Positions 21,872 to 31,727 of a stretch of DNA of 64,000 bases are shown piece by piece. A program made the position numbers and the translations under genes. Under the pieces are notes generated by a model. That model ran no database searches and was not told where the DNA came from. It saw only the letters and a program-made list of their open reading frames with translations. The stretch is from contig CAVYHE010000004.1 in NCBI GenBank assembly GCA_963768305.1, positions 69,555-133,554 of the forward strand, given 5' to 3'. The DNA is from an uncultured bacterium. GTDB lineage: Bacteria > Margulisbacteria > WOR-1 > CAVSGV01. Numbering within the stretch: position 1 is the first letter of the stretch; each line of letters opens with the position of its first letter.

Positions 21872-21900
21872 TTATCGTCAATATCAGGCGAATATTTCAC
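21872..21900 (-). promoter_or_regulatory. Sigma28-like promoter, copy 2 (sigma operon)
   Basis: GTGAAATAT-TCGCCTGATATT-GACGATAA, immediately after the flhA stop. Confidence 0.75.
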
Positions 21901-23987
21901 TTAATCTTGCGATATCATCCCTATGGATTGCACCTTCACCTGAGGGACTATTTCGTTATATGAAAGCACCGCCATGTCGGGAAAGCTTCTTTCAATGAAC
22001 CTTTTGAAATGCGGCCTTAACCTGGGTGAACAGAGTATCACAGGGAGAAGCTTCATCCTTTTGAAATTCTGGAGCTGCGAAGATATCTGGACAAGGATGC
22101 GCTCTCCAACATTCGGGTCAAGCGCGAGGAACGAACCGTATTCGGATTGATGGATAGCTCCTATCATTACTTCTTCCAGTCCCGGATCTATGGTAACAAC
22201 CGTTATCACGCCTTCCTTGTCAGTATATATTTCGCAGATCTGTCTCGCGAGCGACTGCCTCACATATTCGGTAAGGATATTGATGTCGCGCGAGAGGTGC
22301 GCGTAGTCGGCGAGCCTTTCAAGTATCGTAGAAAGGTCCCTTATAGAGACGCGTTCTCTCACCAATAATTGCAATACTTTATGCACCTGGCCGAGAGATA
22401 GCATATCGGGGATCAATTCCCTGACGATCGCGGCATTCGTGTTCTTGACAAGCTCTATCAATGACTGGACGTTCTGCCTTGTCATTATCTCGTCGGCATA
22501 GCGCTTTATTATTTCAGTAAAGTGCTTTGACATTACCTCCACTGTTTCTTCGGATTCTATGTTCTGCCTTTGCAGCTCCGGTGCCATGTCTTCGGGCACC
22601 CATGTGACCGCGTCTCCCGTCACAGCATCCTTCATTTCTACTCCTGTGATGTTCTTCTCCCTTAATTCAGCTGCGGGCTTACGGATGCATCTGTGGCCGA
22701 TGAGCGCTTCGCCGGTGGAAACTTTCGTTCCTCGGATCTCTATCACATATTCATTCGGAGGAAGAGAGAGATCGTCCATTACTCTCACTCCTGGGATGAC
22801 GAATCCCAGCTCCTGCCCGATGCGGTACCTTATTAATGTGATCTTTTCAAGCAGCGGGCCTTTTTGAGCGGGATCGATGAGAGGGATCAGGTTCCTTCCG
22901 GTCCTTAAGCTGAGAGGATCAAGTCCAAGCGTTCCGAGGATGCTCTCCGGCTTTTTCAGCAGCTCTTTTGCCGAGACTTCTTCCGTCACGCTTTTAGTGT
23001 CCTGCTTTTTTTCTTTTGTTTGCAGAAGAACAACCGTCAGGACAGCGCTTAAGCCCGCCAGGGTCAGGAACGGGAATGTCGGCAGCCCCGGTATGATGGC
23101 GAAAAATCCAAGGATAACTGAAACGAATGCGAAAGCCCTTGGTTGGGCGAATATCTGGTTCGCTATGTCGGTCCCAAGGCTCATCTCCGATGCCGACTTT
23201 GTTATGACAAGTCCTGTTGCTATCGAAACAAGAAGGGCAGGGATCTGGGTGACAAGGCCGTCTCCGACTGTCAGCAAAGCGTAAGTTGAAAGCGCTTCCA
23301 TGACGCCCATTCCGTGCTGCAGCCATCCGACAAGGATGCCGCCGAGGCTGTTAACAAGAACGATTATGATCCCGGCGATTGCGTCCCCCCTGACGAATTT
23401 ATTGGCGCCGTCCATGGAACCGAAGAAAGTGGCTTCCTGCTCTATCTTTCTCCTGCGTCCCTTGCCTCGTTCGCGTCTATCAGGCCCGCGTTCAGGTCCG
23501 CGTCGATGCTCATTTGTTTGCCCGGCATCGCGTCCAAAGTGAACCTTGCCGCAACCTCCGCGACCCTTTCGGAACCTTTGGTTATGACGACGAACTGAAC
23601 GATAGTGATAATCACGAATATTATCGCGCCGACGACATAATTGCCGCGCACGACGAAATTCCCGAAAGCGTTTATTACTTCTCCGGCGTTCGCCTGAAGC
23701 AGTATCAGCCTGGATGCTGCAATATTAAGGGACAGCCTGTAAAGCGTCACTATCAAAAGTATCGACGGGAAAGCCGCGAATTCCAGCGGTTCCCTCAGGT
23801 ACATGGCGACAAGAAGTATGGTAAGGGCGAAAGCGATGTTCAGAGTGATAAGAATGTCCATTATTACGGTGGGCAGGGGCACTATCATGAGGGCGATGAT
23901 GCAGATGAGCAGTACGGCTACAAGGAAATCCGATACTGAAAATAGATTCCTTACACTTTTAATATCAAAATTAATCGGAAAAGCCAT
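21901..23987 (-). CDS. flhA: Flagellar-type export gate protein FlhA (frameshift ~23450)
   Basis: [55 protein letters not shown]. Confidence 0.95.
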
Positions 23988-24020
23988 CTTAGGGTAATTT
24001 TAACAGGGCTGTGCCATTAT

Positions 24021-25136
24021 TCAAGTTTTTCTTGTACCCACAAGCGGGCCCAGGTACGCTTTAAGCTTTTCTGCGCGGGTTTTCTTCAGTTTGAAGACAT
24101 AAGCCAGGACTTCCGCGACCGCCTGATACAGCTCTCCGGGGATCTGTTTCCCGACATCGGTCGTCCTGTAGATAGATCTTGCGAGCGGCTCGTTCTCCAT
24201 AATGGGGATATATGCGTTGTCGGCTATCTTTTTTATCTGCTCCGCGGCTTTTCTTTCTCCCTTTGCGAGGACCGTAGGTGCTTTCATCTTTGATGCTTCA
24301 TATTGCAGCGCGACGGCTATGTGTATTGGGTTGGTCACAACGACGTCAGCCTTGGGGACTGCGGCCATCATTCTCTGATATGCGACCTGCCTCTGCAGCT
24401 CGCGCATCCTCTGCTTTATCATCGGGTCCCCTTCAAGCCGCTTGTACTCCTCCTTTATCTCCTGTTTTGTCATCTTCAGCCCGCGCATGTATTCCCATCT
24501 CTTGTAGAGGTAATCAAGGATCGCGATGGCGACATAGAAAAGGCCTACCCTGAAAGCTACATTATAAGCGATGGATCCTCCCAGGACTATCGCGTCCCAT
24601 GGCTGGCCATTGATGAGGATAACGATCGATGGGATGTCGTCCTTGACGGCTCCCCACATTATCCAGAAAACGATAACGATCTTGACGATCGACTTAATGA
24701 GCTCGACGAAGCCCTGAAGGGAGAACATCCTCTTGAACCCTTCGGCAGGGGAGATCCTCTCAAGTTTTGGCGAAAGCGGATCGATCGAAAAAACCAGTCC
24801 GGTCTGCAGAGCTTCCGCCGCGAAAGCGACGAATACCGTCAGCCCGAAGATCGGCGCCACGCAAAAAGCCAGGCCGCGCAGGCCTAAAAGCAGGACGTAT
24901 CCGGCAAATGTAAGTGAAAATTCATTCTGGTTCGGTATTTGATTGAAGATCGTTTGCGCCATAAGCGTAAGGTTGTTCCAAACATACACACCCGTGTATC
25001 TGAAAAGCATGTATGAGAATATCAGCAGAAGAGCGGTGGTTACCTCCTTGCTTTTTGCGATCTGGCCCTTTTCCCTGGCCTCGCGAAGGCGATGAGGTGT
25101 TGGCTCTTCCGATTTTTCCCCGGCTTCTTCGGCCAT
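24021..25136 (-). CDS. flhB: Export switch protein FlhB
   Basis: EKSEEPTPHRL..AREKGQ, MTKQEIKEEYK..EGDP, VVTNPIH (variant of the NPTH cleavage site). Confidence 0.95.
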   Translation of the reverse strand: MAEEAGEKSEEPTPHRLREAREKGQIAKSKEVTTALLLIFSYMLFRYTGVYVWNNLTLMAQTIFNQIPNQNEFSLTFAGYVLLLGLRGLAFCVAPIFGLTVFVAFAAEALQTGLVFSIDPLSPKLERISPAEGFKRMFSLQGFVELIKSIVKIVIVFWIMWGAVKDDIPSIVILINGQPWDAIVLGGSIAYNVAFRVGLFYVAIAILDYLYKRWEYMRGLKMTKQEIKEEYKRLEGDPMIKQRMRELQRQVAYQRMMAAVPKADVVVTNPIHIAVALQYEASKMKAPTVLAKGERKAAEQIKKIADNAYIPIMENEPLARSIYRTTDVGKQIPGELYQAVAEVLAYVFKLKKTRAEKLKAYLGPLVGTRKT

Positions 25137-25139
25137 TTT

Positions 25140-25916
25140 TTACCTCCCGGAGAGCAGGACCAGGGTTTTGGCTACTTCGGTCCCGGCCTGGCTTATCAAT
25201 AACATTATATGATTAATAAGCAAGGGCGACAACAACATCAGCCCGAAAAGCCCGAGAGCGGGCTTGACCTGGAATCCAAGCATGAACACGTTGACCTGAG
25301 GCGCGACGCGCGATACTATCCCGAACGAGAAATCGCACAGGAAGATGAGCAAAAGCATCGGAGCGCAAAGCTGGATGGATGCGATCCAGAAGACCCGCAT
25401 AAGGTCCAGCATCTGAAGAAGAAGATCCGGCTTTGTAAAATCAATGATGCTGACTATCGGTATAGCTACAAAGCTCTGGTGGAGCGCGGATAATACCATG
25501 TGGTGGCCGTCAACGATCAGGAAGATCAGGAGCGCGACAAGGAACAAAAAAGACCCGACCATGGAAGAAGATGTTCCGGTGGTGGGGGAGAGCACGTTAG
25601 CCACAGAAAGCCCCATCTGCATGTCAAGGATGTCGCCGGCGGCTTGAGCGCTTTGCAGCAATATGGATGCGACAAATCCGATGGTGAATCCCACAAAAAC
25701 TTCGATCGCAATGGCGATAAGAAAAGCCATCATAGAATCGGGAAGCGCGCGGACCGGAACAACGAACCACAGCACCGTTGCAAGCCATATTGCCAGGCAC
25801 ATTTTGGCATAACCCGGGAAGGATTTCGTGCTCAGCAGAGGCGCTTCTATGAAAAGTCCGGCGACCCGCGCAAGAATAAGGAAATATATCTCAATTTGGG
25901 GCAGCCCTATTACCAT
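25140..25916 (-). CDS. fliR: Export apparatus protein FliR
   Basis: AGDILDMQMGL, DGHH, RVAPQVNVF. Confidence 0.93.
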   Translation of the reverse strand: MVIGLPQIEIYFLILARVAGLFIEAPLLSTKSFPGYAKMCLAIWLATVLWFVVPVRALPDSMMAFLIAIAIEVFVGFTIGFVASILLQSAQAAGDILDMQMGLSVANVLSPTTGTSSSMVGSFLFLVALLIFLIVDGHHMVLSALHQSFVAIPIVSIIDFTKPDLLLQMLDLMRVFWIASIQLCAPMLLLIFLCDFSFGIVSRVAPQVNVFMLGFQVKPALGLFGLMLLSPLLINHIMLLISQAGTEVAKTLVLLSGR

Positions 25917-25917
25917 T

Positions 25918-26187
25918 TCATCTTGCCATTGCGGGAATGTTCGACCAGAGCGTGACGGTGAAATCTATCAGCAACGAGGCCATCCACGGAGCCGTAATAG
26001 CCACTATTCCCATGACGGCGATTACTTTTGGGACGAAAGTGAGAGTTTGTTCCTGTATCTGGGTCACCGCCTGAAACAGGCTGATGATGAAGCCGACTAT
26101 CAAGCCGATGCCGACCGACGGCATTGAAATAAGCAATACCAGGATAACTCCGTTATAGATGACCTGAACCGCAAAATCTGTGCTCAT
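25918..26187 (-). CDS. fliQ: Export apparatus protein FliQ
   Basis: FQAVTQIQEQTLTFVPK. Confidence 0.95.
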   Translation of the reverse strand: MSTDFAVQVIYNGVILVLLISMPSVGIGLIVGFIISLFQAVTQIQEQTLTFVPKVIAVMGIVAITAPWMASLLIDFTVTLWSNIPAMAR

Positions 26188-26888
26188 CTGAAGCTCATCA
26201 ACAATCCTTTCGTTATAAGGTTCCAGCCGTCCGAGAGAACAAAAAGCAATATCTTAAAAGGAAGCGAGACCATCACAGGAGACAGCATGAACATTCCGAG
26301 AGAGAGAAGGATATTGGCCACCACCAGATCGATTATGACAAATGGAATAAAAAGCAGGAATCCTATCTGGAACGCCGTTTTTAATTCAGATATCATGAAC
26401 GCGGGAATAAGGACATACACAGGAACGTCGTTCACGGTTTTCGGCGGAGCTATCTTCGCGAACTGGACGAAAAGCGCCAGGTCCCTTTCCCTTGTCTGCC
26501 TGATCATGAATTTCTGGAAGGGCTTCATCCCCACGTCGAACGCCTTCATCTGGGTCATCTGGCCTCTGTTATACGGAATGACCGCGGTCTTGTTCACCTC
26601 TTCAAAAGTGGGAGCCATGGTGAATATCGTCATGAAAAGCGCAAGCCCGATGAGGACGGAGTTCGGCGGCGTCTGCGCCGTGCCGATGGCGGACCTGATC
26701 ATTGACAGCACGACGATTATCCTGAGGAAAGAAGTTATCGAAATGAGCAGGAAAGGGAGCAGGGATATTACGGATATCGCGAGCAATATCTGTACGCTGT
26801 TGCTGAATCCCGGAGAATTCATTATTCCCGCCACATCCACTCCCAAAGTTCTGGGCGCGGCATACGCTGCTGCAAAAAAGGTGGGCAA
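26184..26888 (-). CDS. fliP: Export apparatus protein FliP (start uncertain)
   Basis: TSFLRIIVV, QTPPN, PAFMISELKTAFQIGF, SLPFKILLFVLSDGW. Confidence 0.95.
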   Translation of the reverse strand: MPTFFAAAYAAPRTLGVDVAGIMNSPGFSNSVQILLAISVISLLPFLLISITSFLRIIVVLSMIRSAIGTAQTPPNSVLIGLALFMTIFTMAPTFEEVNKTAVIPYNRGQMTQMKAFDVGMKPFQKFMIRQTRERDLALFVQFAKIAPPKTVNDVPVYVLIPAFMISELKTAFQIGFLLFIPFVIIDLVVANILLSLGMFMLSPVMVSLPFKILLFVLSDGWNLITKGLLMSFR

Positions 26889-26889
26889 T

Positions 26890-27207
26890 TTAAGACCTGC
26901 TTTCCAATTTATCGATGAGTGTCACGCCTTTATTGCTTACTATAATGAAGTAAGCCTTGTCCTGCGCGGAAATGATATAAGCTGAGACTTGCGGTTCAAT
27001 GCCTATCCTGTCAAGAACCTGTATTGACCTTCCCTGGGAAGGTATCTGCAGCTTAGGAAAAAGATATTTCGCTGAAAAATAGATGAGACCTATGACAACG
27101 GCAAGTGAAACGATAAGCTGAAGGATATAGCCAAGAGTAAAGAGCGGTTGCGCCGCCGGGAGCGCTTCTGAAGAAGTATAAGCTGTTACAACAAGCAGTT
27201 CGATCAT
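26890..27207 (-). CDS. fliO: FliO/FliZ-like protein
   Basis: One TM helix plus IQVLDRIGI beta domain; lies between fliN and fliP. Confidence 0.75.
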   Translation of the reverse strand: MIELLVVTAYTSSEALPAAQPLFTLGYILQLIVSLAVVIGLIYFSAKYLFPKLQIPSQGRSIQVLDRIGIEPQVSAYIISAQDKAYFIIVSNKGVTLIDKLESRS

Positions 27208-27506
27208 TATGGTTTGTTATTTATCAGTAAATTGGTGACTTTAATGCCGTAGTGGTCGTCCACCGCTATGACCTCTCCGTGTGCGACCAACTGTCCGCCA
27301 ACCTTAAGGTCAAGCGGTTCACCTGCCATTCTATCGAGTTCAACAAGGGAGCCTTCTTTCAATTCCAAAATATCCTTCAGGCTCATATGAGTGCGGCCAA
27401 GTTCAACGCTTACCTCTATTGGTATGTCGCCCAGCGTCCTGTCCTGGAATTTCGCTCCGTGCTCCGATTCGCTCAGTTCAGGAAACTGGATCTTTTTTAG
27501 GTCCAT
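27207..27506 (-). CDS. fliN: C-ring protein FliN
   Basis: DIPIEVSVELGRT...ELDRMAGEP...AHGEVIAVDDHYGIKV (SPOA domain). Confidence 0.93.
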   Translation of the reverse strand: MDLKKIQFPELSESEHGAKFQDRTLGDIPIEVSVELGRTHMSLKDILELKEGSLVELDRMAGEPLDLKVGGQLVAHGEVIAVDDHYGIKVTNLLINNKP

Positions 27507-28690
27507 TAGATCTCCCCCTTGATATCATTTTCTTCCCCGAACAATTCTTCTGAGGGTTCATTATACTCTTCTTTTTCTTCCAGTTCCATAGGGAGCATGT
27601 CTTCTTCTTTTTCTTGCGGCTCCGCAGATATCTCGAACTCTCCCTGTCCTGGTGCGGCGCTCTGCCGGGCTTCATCATGATGGACCGTCTCCGCAGGCTC
27701 AATATCTTCCATTACCCTGATCTCGTTTTTTATCTTTCTTGCGCTCCCGCCGATCACTTTTGCCGCGAACCTTCCATTGCTTGTGCCGGGCTGGGCCTTA
27801 AGTTCAGTTACATAACCTATAACAAGATCAATCGGCGAGTTCAATCTTTGGTCAAGAGCTATGGCGTCGCCCGCGTCTATCCCGAGCAGGTCACCTGCCG
27901 CAACTTGCGTGGTGCCGAGTTGGGCGAAGACGGGGATCTGAACGGAGGAAAGGACGTGTCCCGACAGAAGGGAGAAATTGAGCGGGGCCTTTTCTTTCTT
28001 TTTCATGAACTTTTCAAAAAGCTTTTTCAGGGTGCTGTTCTGGTATGCAAAAGTGAACGTGGCCGGCGCAGAATTCGCTATCGACAACTGGATAGTTATT
28101 GCCGTGATCGCCTCATTCAGGTTTATGTGCGTTTCTCTCTGGATGTTCGGGTAGCTGAGTATCTCCAGCTCCGGCTTGGCAAAAATATTTCCCCAGCTGG
28201 CGGGGAATTTCTCGAGCATTTTGCCGAAAATGGAATGGATCATGGATTCTTCCAGTTCCGTAAGTTCTTTCATTTTTTCGTCAGCCGAAGGGAATCCGAG
28301 CGAAAAATTTATCACCTGGTTCGCGAGCTGGTAATCTATGAGAAAAAGAATATCGCCCGCGTCGGGGATCTGAAGCTTGTTATAGATAAGTCCTCCGCTG
28401 AATCGTTTCAGGAAATCGGCATAAGAGATCTGCTCTATTGCTGCGCTCAGGACGTCGGTGCTTGCTTTCAGGGCTTCTTTGATATATTTGGCGAATTCCA
28501 GCGCGAAGAAATAGTGGATTTTCAACGCTTCTTCAAGCGCTTCCGCGGGGATCCTGTGAGAGCTGAATGAAAACACCTTTGCCTGTTTTGAAGCGTCCCT
28601 TGAGGGCCTATATGTCATCCAGTCCCCGAACAGGGCAGGGAATAAAATTTCTTTTCTGAAAACTGCGGTCGAATCCTGCTTGTCCGTCAA
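27506..28690 (-). CDS. fliM: Divergent FliM-like C-ring protein with acidic tail
   Basis: IEQISYADF and ELTELE middle-domain motifs; C-terminal SPOA (AQLGTT...AGDAIALDQ); synteny. Confidence 0.75.
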   Translation of the reverse strand: MTDKQDSTAVFRKEILFPALFGDWMTYRPSRDASKQAKVFSFSSHRIPAEALEEALKIHYFFALEFAKYIKEALKASTDVLSAAIEQISYADFLKRFSGGLIYNKLQIPDAGDILFLIDYQLANQVINFSLGFPSADEKMKELTELEESMIHSIFGKMLEKFPASWGNIFAKPELEILSYPNIQRETHINLNEAITAITIQLSIANSAPATFTFAYQNSTLKKLFEKFMKKKEKAPLNFSLLSGHVLSSVQIPVFAQLGTTQVAAGDLLGIDAGDAIALDQRLNSPIDLVIGYVTELKAQPGTSNGRFAAKVIGGSARKIKNEIRVMEDIEPAETVHHDEARQSAAPGQGEFEISAEPQEKEEDMLPMELEEKEEYNEPSEELFGEENDIKGEI

Positions 28691-28715
28691 AAGAGCGCCT
28701 TTCTGTTATATCATT

Positions 28716-29579
28716 TTAAGATATTTTGCTAATGAAATTCGAGATCTCGTCGCTTATCATCCTGAGAATAGTAAGATTTCCGCTCATAGCTCTCTGTGCC
28801 TCTAGTGAATCAATTACCTCTCCGGTATAGAAAACGTTCGATTGCTCGTATTGCCCGGGTGAAACAGATCCATAAGTGCTGCCAGGAGCTTGATTGGCCA
28901 GCGGGGCACCCGATGCGGGGGATTCAGCGAAAGCGCTGCCCGAAGCTTGCACAAGCCCGGATGGATTATTGAAAGCTGTCAGCGCAATCATGAAACCTGT
29001 TTTCTTGAGCACAGAAGAAGTATCAATGCCGAGCGTTGGATCAGGCAAGTTAGTGGATGTATTGATTTTATAATTAAATTCAACGAGCTGTCCGTCATTG
29101 GTCCAGCTCAATTGACCGGAAGGGTAAGAACTAAGCCCCGTTATCGGAATAAGCGATCCGTTGCGCAATCCATAAACCTGCATGCCGGTGGATGTGGTCA
29201 GGTTCCCTGCGGAATCGACAGCAAATTGTCCGTCTCTGGAATATAATTTAGTCGTGCCGCCGTCCGGAGAAACAATGAATAACCCTTGTCCGTTAATGGC
29301 AAGGTCCAAGTTCCCTCCTGATGTTATCGCGCCCTGGCTGAAATCAAGGGAAGTATTTCCTATTGCTACGGAAGAACCAAATTGCGTCGGATTTGTGCCT
29401 CCGATGTCGCCTGAGGCGGCCGTGCCCTGGTTTATAAGATTTTCATAGATGGTTTGAAAGGATATTTTCATTGCCTTGTAACCCGGAGCCGACATGTTCG
29501 CGATATTTGACGAATTTATCGCGAGCTGTGAATTATATGCTTCGATCGCGTTCTTTGCTCTTGTCATCAAGTCCAACAT
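28716..29579 (-). CDS. Short flagellar hook/basal-body rod family protein (FlgE/FlgG-like)
   Basis: SSNIANMSAPGYK, DLAINGQGLF, YSRDGQF, YEQSNV...AQR; 287 aa; follows flgD. Confidence 0.85.
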   Translation of the reverse strand: MLDLMTRAKNAIEAYNSQLAINSSNIANMSAPGYKAMKISFQTIYENLINQGTAASGDIGGTNPTQFGSSVAIGNTSLDFSQGAITSGGNLDLAINGQGLFIVSPDGGTTKLYSRDGQFAVDSAGNLTTSTGMQVYGLRNGSLIPITGLSSYPSGQLSWTNDGQLVEFNYKINTSTNLPDPTLGIDTSSVLKKTGFMIALTAFNNPSGLVQASGSAFAESPASGAPLANQAPGSTYGSVSPGQYEQSNVFYTGEVIDSLEAQRAMSGNLTILRMISDEISNFISKIS

Positions 29580-29615
29580 TTATATCAATCCTCCTTGCCC
29601 TGGTCTGCGGCGGGC

Positions 29616-30119
29616 TTATTGCTGTATCTTAACTATATTCGTTGTCGGGACAAGCGTGCCGGTTGTCTTCCCGTTCGGGATTATATTAAGCGTTGGCTGC
29701 CCGTTCTGAAGCTGAACATTCAGGACTTTTCCGGTTATTTGTTGGCTCGTGGACGGCACAGTTGCGGTCACGGTCTTTCCTATCAAACTGCTATAAACGC
29801 TCATCTGGAATTGAGGATCAATGCCGGTAAAATTGGTGTTCTGTCCGAGAACATTGAAATTGCTTTGAGAGCTCATTGCCTGAGTGCCGAAAATATCAAT
29901 ATTTCCGGTGCTGGAAGATCCCGAAGTGTCTTCATTGCCAAAAAGGATGGAATTGACGTTATTGTTATACATCTGGGAGACGAGCATGCTTGCGAATTTC
30001 GGGTCCAGATTTCCGGCCATCAGCTGAGAAGTGATCGAATTGTTGTCCGAAAGAGCATTCTGCGTAAGATCGGTATTTCCGATCGATGTATTTATAGGTT
30101 GTATCGAATTGTTGGCCAT
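29616..30119 (-). CDS. Divergent FlgD-like hook-capping protein
   Basis: FASMLVSQM, SSLIGKTV..ITGKV; lies between the fliK-like and hook genes. Confidence 0.65.
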   Translation of the reverse strand: MANNSIQPINTSIGNTDLTQNALSDNNSITSQLMAGNLDPKFASMLVSQMYNNNVNSILFGNEDTSGSSSTGNIDIFGTQAMSSQSNFNVLGQNTNFTGIDPQFQMSVYSSLIGKTVTATVPSTSQQITGKVLNVQLQNGQPTLNIIPNGKTTGTLVPTTNIVKIQQ

Positions 30120-30162
30120 TTTTGCTCCTCCTCATCGGGCATTATACAACAAGTCGGCCGTT

Positions 30163-30924
30163 TTAGCCCCTGTTATATTTCTGTTCCTTGTCTGAGTATA
30201 GGTTCAATTTGTCAAAATTCAGGTTTGCCAGTTTCAATGACCTTTCAAGCTCCGCGATGTTCTCTTCCAGGACCTGTTTTACCGCCTGGTCCGCGAAAAG
30301 ATTGATCGTGAGCACGCCTTTGCTGCTGGACACGCTCATCAGGATAGTGCCTAGATCTTCGGGCTTAAGCTCGACCGAGAGTTCGCTTGCTCCGCCCCGG
30401 ACAAGGAATTTAATTTTGTCCTTTATCTGGTCTATAAGGTCATCCACCGATATCTCTCTCAAGGATGCGATCCTGTTCTTTGCGTTTATAGCCGCGCTGT
30501 AAAGGTCAGGAGTAATGTCCATTTCTCCGGCTGCTATCTTGCTTATCGCGTTAGCGGTGAATTTTATCTGATCAGCTCTTGCTTCTTTCTGTGTATCCGC
30601 GGTTTTGGCTGTGCTTTCCTGTTTTTGTTCTTTTATGCCGGAGGAATTATCAATTCTGTTCGTTTGCGGCGAAGATTGACGCATATCATTCGACGCGGGT
30701 AAATAATTCCCGATCTTGCCCGTCGATCCGGATGTTTCGGAATTGAAAGAAGAGGGGACATCGAATAATCCCTGCATCATTGACGGCAGCATCGCGCCAG
30801 GAATGGTCTTTGATTTTTCTTTTTCGAGGAGCTCCAGGAAATTATCAGCATCCGTGCTTGGCTGAATGCCGTTCTGGTCGGGCGTTTTAGCGTTTTCGTT
30901 CGCAATGGGTTCAACCTGGGTCAT
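30163..30924 (-). CDS. fliK: FliK-like hook-length control protein
   Basis: Disordered N-terminus and C-terminal VELKPEDLGTI...LERSL domain; RBS GGAGGAG before ATG 30924. Confidence 0.8.
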   Translation of the reverse strand: MTQVEPIANENAKTPDQNGIQPSTDADNFLELLEKEKSKTIPGAMLPSMMQGLFDVPSSFNSETSGSTGKIGNYLPASNDMRQSSPQTNRIDNSSGIKEQKQESTAKTADTQKEARADQIKFTANAISKIAAGEMDITPDLYSAAINAKNRIASLREISVDDLIDQIKDKIKFLVRGGASELSVELKPEDLGTILMSVSSSKGVLTINLFADQAVKQVLEENIAELERSLKLANLNFDKLNLYSDKEQKYNRG

Positions 30925-30975
30925 TTTCTCCTCCATAAGTGTATCGTATTGAGGAGCCGAAACCTTGCATATCAT

Positions 30976-31057
30976 TGCCGCGGGGGAGACTCGAACTCCC
31001 AAGCCTTTCGGCATACGCACCTCAAGCGTACGTGTGTACCAATTTCACCACCGCGGC
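30976..31057 (-). tRNA. tRNA-Leu(GAG)
   Basis: GCCGCGG acceptor stem, TACGC-TTGAGGT-GCGTA anticodon arm, long variable arm, GTTCGAG T-loop. Confidence 0.95.
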
Positions 31058-31125
31058 ACTGAGAGTATTTTATATTTAATATATAGGGCTGTCAAATAAT
31101 TATTGGCGGAATGATGAGGGAAAAA

Positions 31126-31154
31126 GTGAAATTTCCGGAAAGAATCGACGATAA
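31126..31154 (+). promoter_or_regulatory. Sigma28-like promoter, copy 3
   Basis: GTGAAATTT-CCGGAAAGAATC-GACGATAA, upstream of ATG 31194. Confidence 0.78.
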
Positions 31155-31193
31155 AAGTTTACAAGAAGTCTTTGCTGCTTTTAAGGAGAAAGA

Positions 31194-31694
31194 ATGATGA
31201 AAAACATCCATTTTGGACATAAATGGGGAATGAATTGGGTGAGATATAATCTCGGGACCGCAAAAATGAAAGCAAATTTTGTGAAAAACACAAAGGATCC
31301 CGTAAAACTTGCAAAACTCGCTGATAGTAAAGAACTTATTGTGCTCGGGGCGGTGGCAGGGAATATACATTCTTCCCGTTCAACCCTTGCGGATCTCTCA
31401 AATTTTGGACTCGTTCGCAATTATTTTGATTATCACTCATATGAAAATACGGTGCTAATTCCATTAGCAGGGAACCCAAGCGCCTCTTTGGCCACAATTG
31501 GAAAATTATCATACTTTCCTAGTTTGTATGAGGCGGTAGGGAATAACCCCAAAATAAAGGAGCTTGTTGTAAGAGCGAGAAGCAGCTATTCCACTAATGA
31601 GCTGATCGAGCTGTCTGCTTATCCTGTCCTGCACGTGCGGGAAGCGGTAGAACAAAATCCATTCCATGACAGATCGCCGGATGGCGCCGCTTAG
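31194..31694 (+). CDS. Hypothetical helical (LRV-like) repeat protein, paralog 1
   Basis: RBS AAGGAG; AVAGN, LAGNP, AVGNNP and VREAVEQNP repeats. Confidence 0.7.
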   Translation: MMKNIHFGHKWGMNWVRYNLGTAKMKANFVKNTKDPVKLAKLADSKELIVLGAVAGNIHSSRSTLADLSNFGLVRNYFDYHSYENTVLIPLAGNPSASLATIGKLSYFPSLYEAVGNNPKIKELVVRARSSYSTNELIELSAYPVLHVREAVEQNPFHDRSPDGAA

Positions 31695-31727
31695 CTTTTT
31701 ATTCAGATAATTTAAGGAGCATTCTCA

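Noticed and set aside
26287..28570. Long plus-strand ORFs (232 aa and 318 aa) in the export cluster
   Set aside because: Antisense to well-supported fliP and fliM-like genes.
30925..31020. N-terminal extension of the 285-aa FliK ORF
   Set aside because: It overlaps tRNA-Leu; the RBS supports a start at 30924.
31040..31050. GTGAAATT inside tRNA-Leu resembling the promoter -35
   Set aside because: It is the tRNA D-arm and has no CGATA box at the 12-nt spacing.
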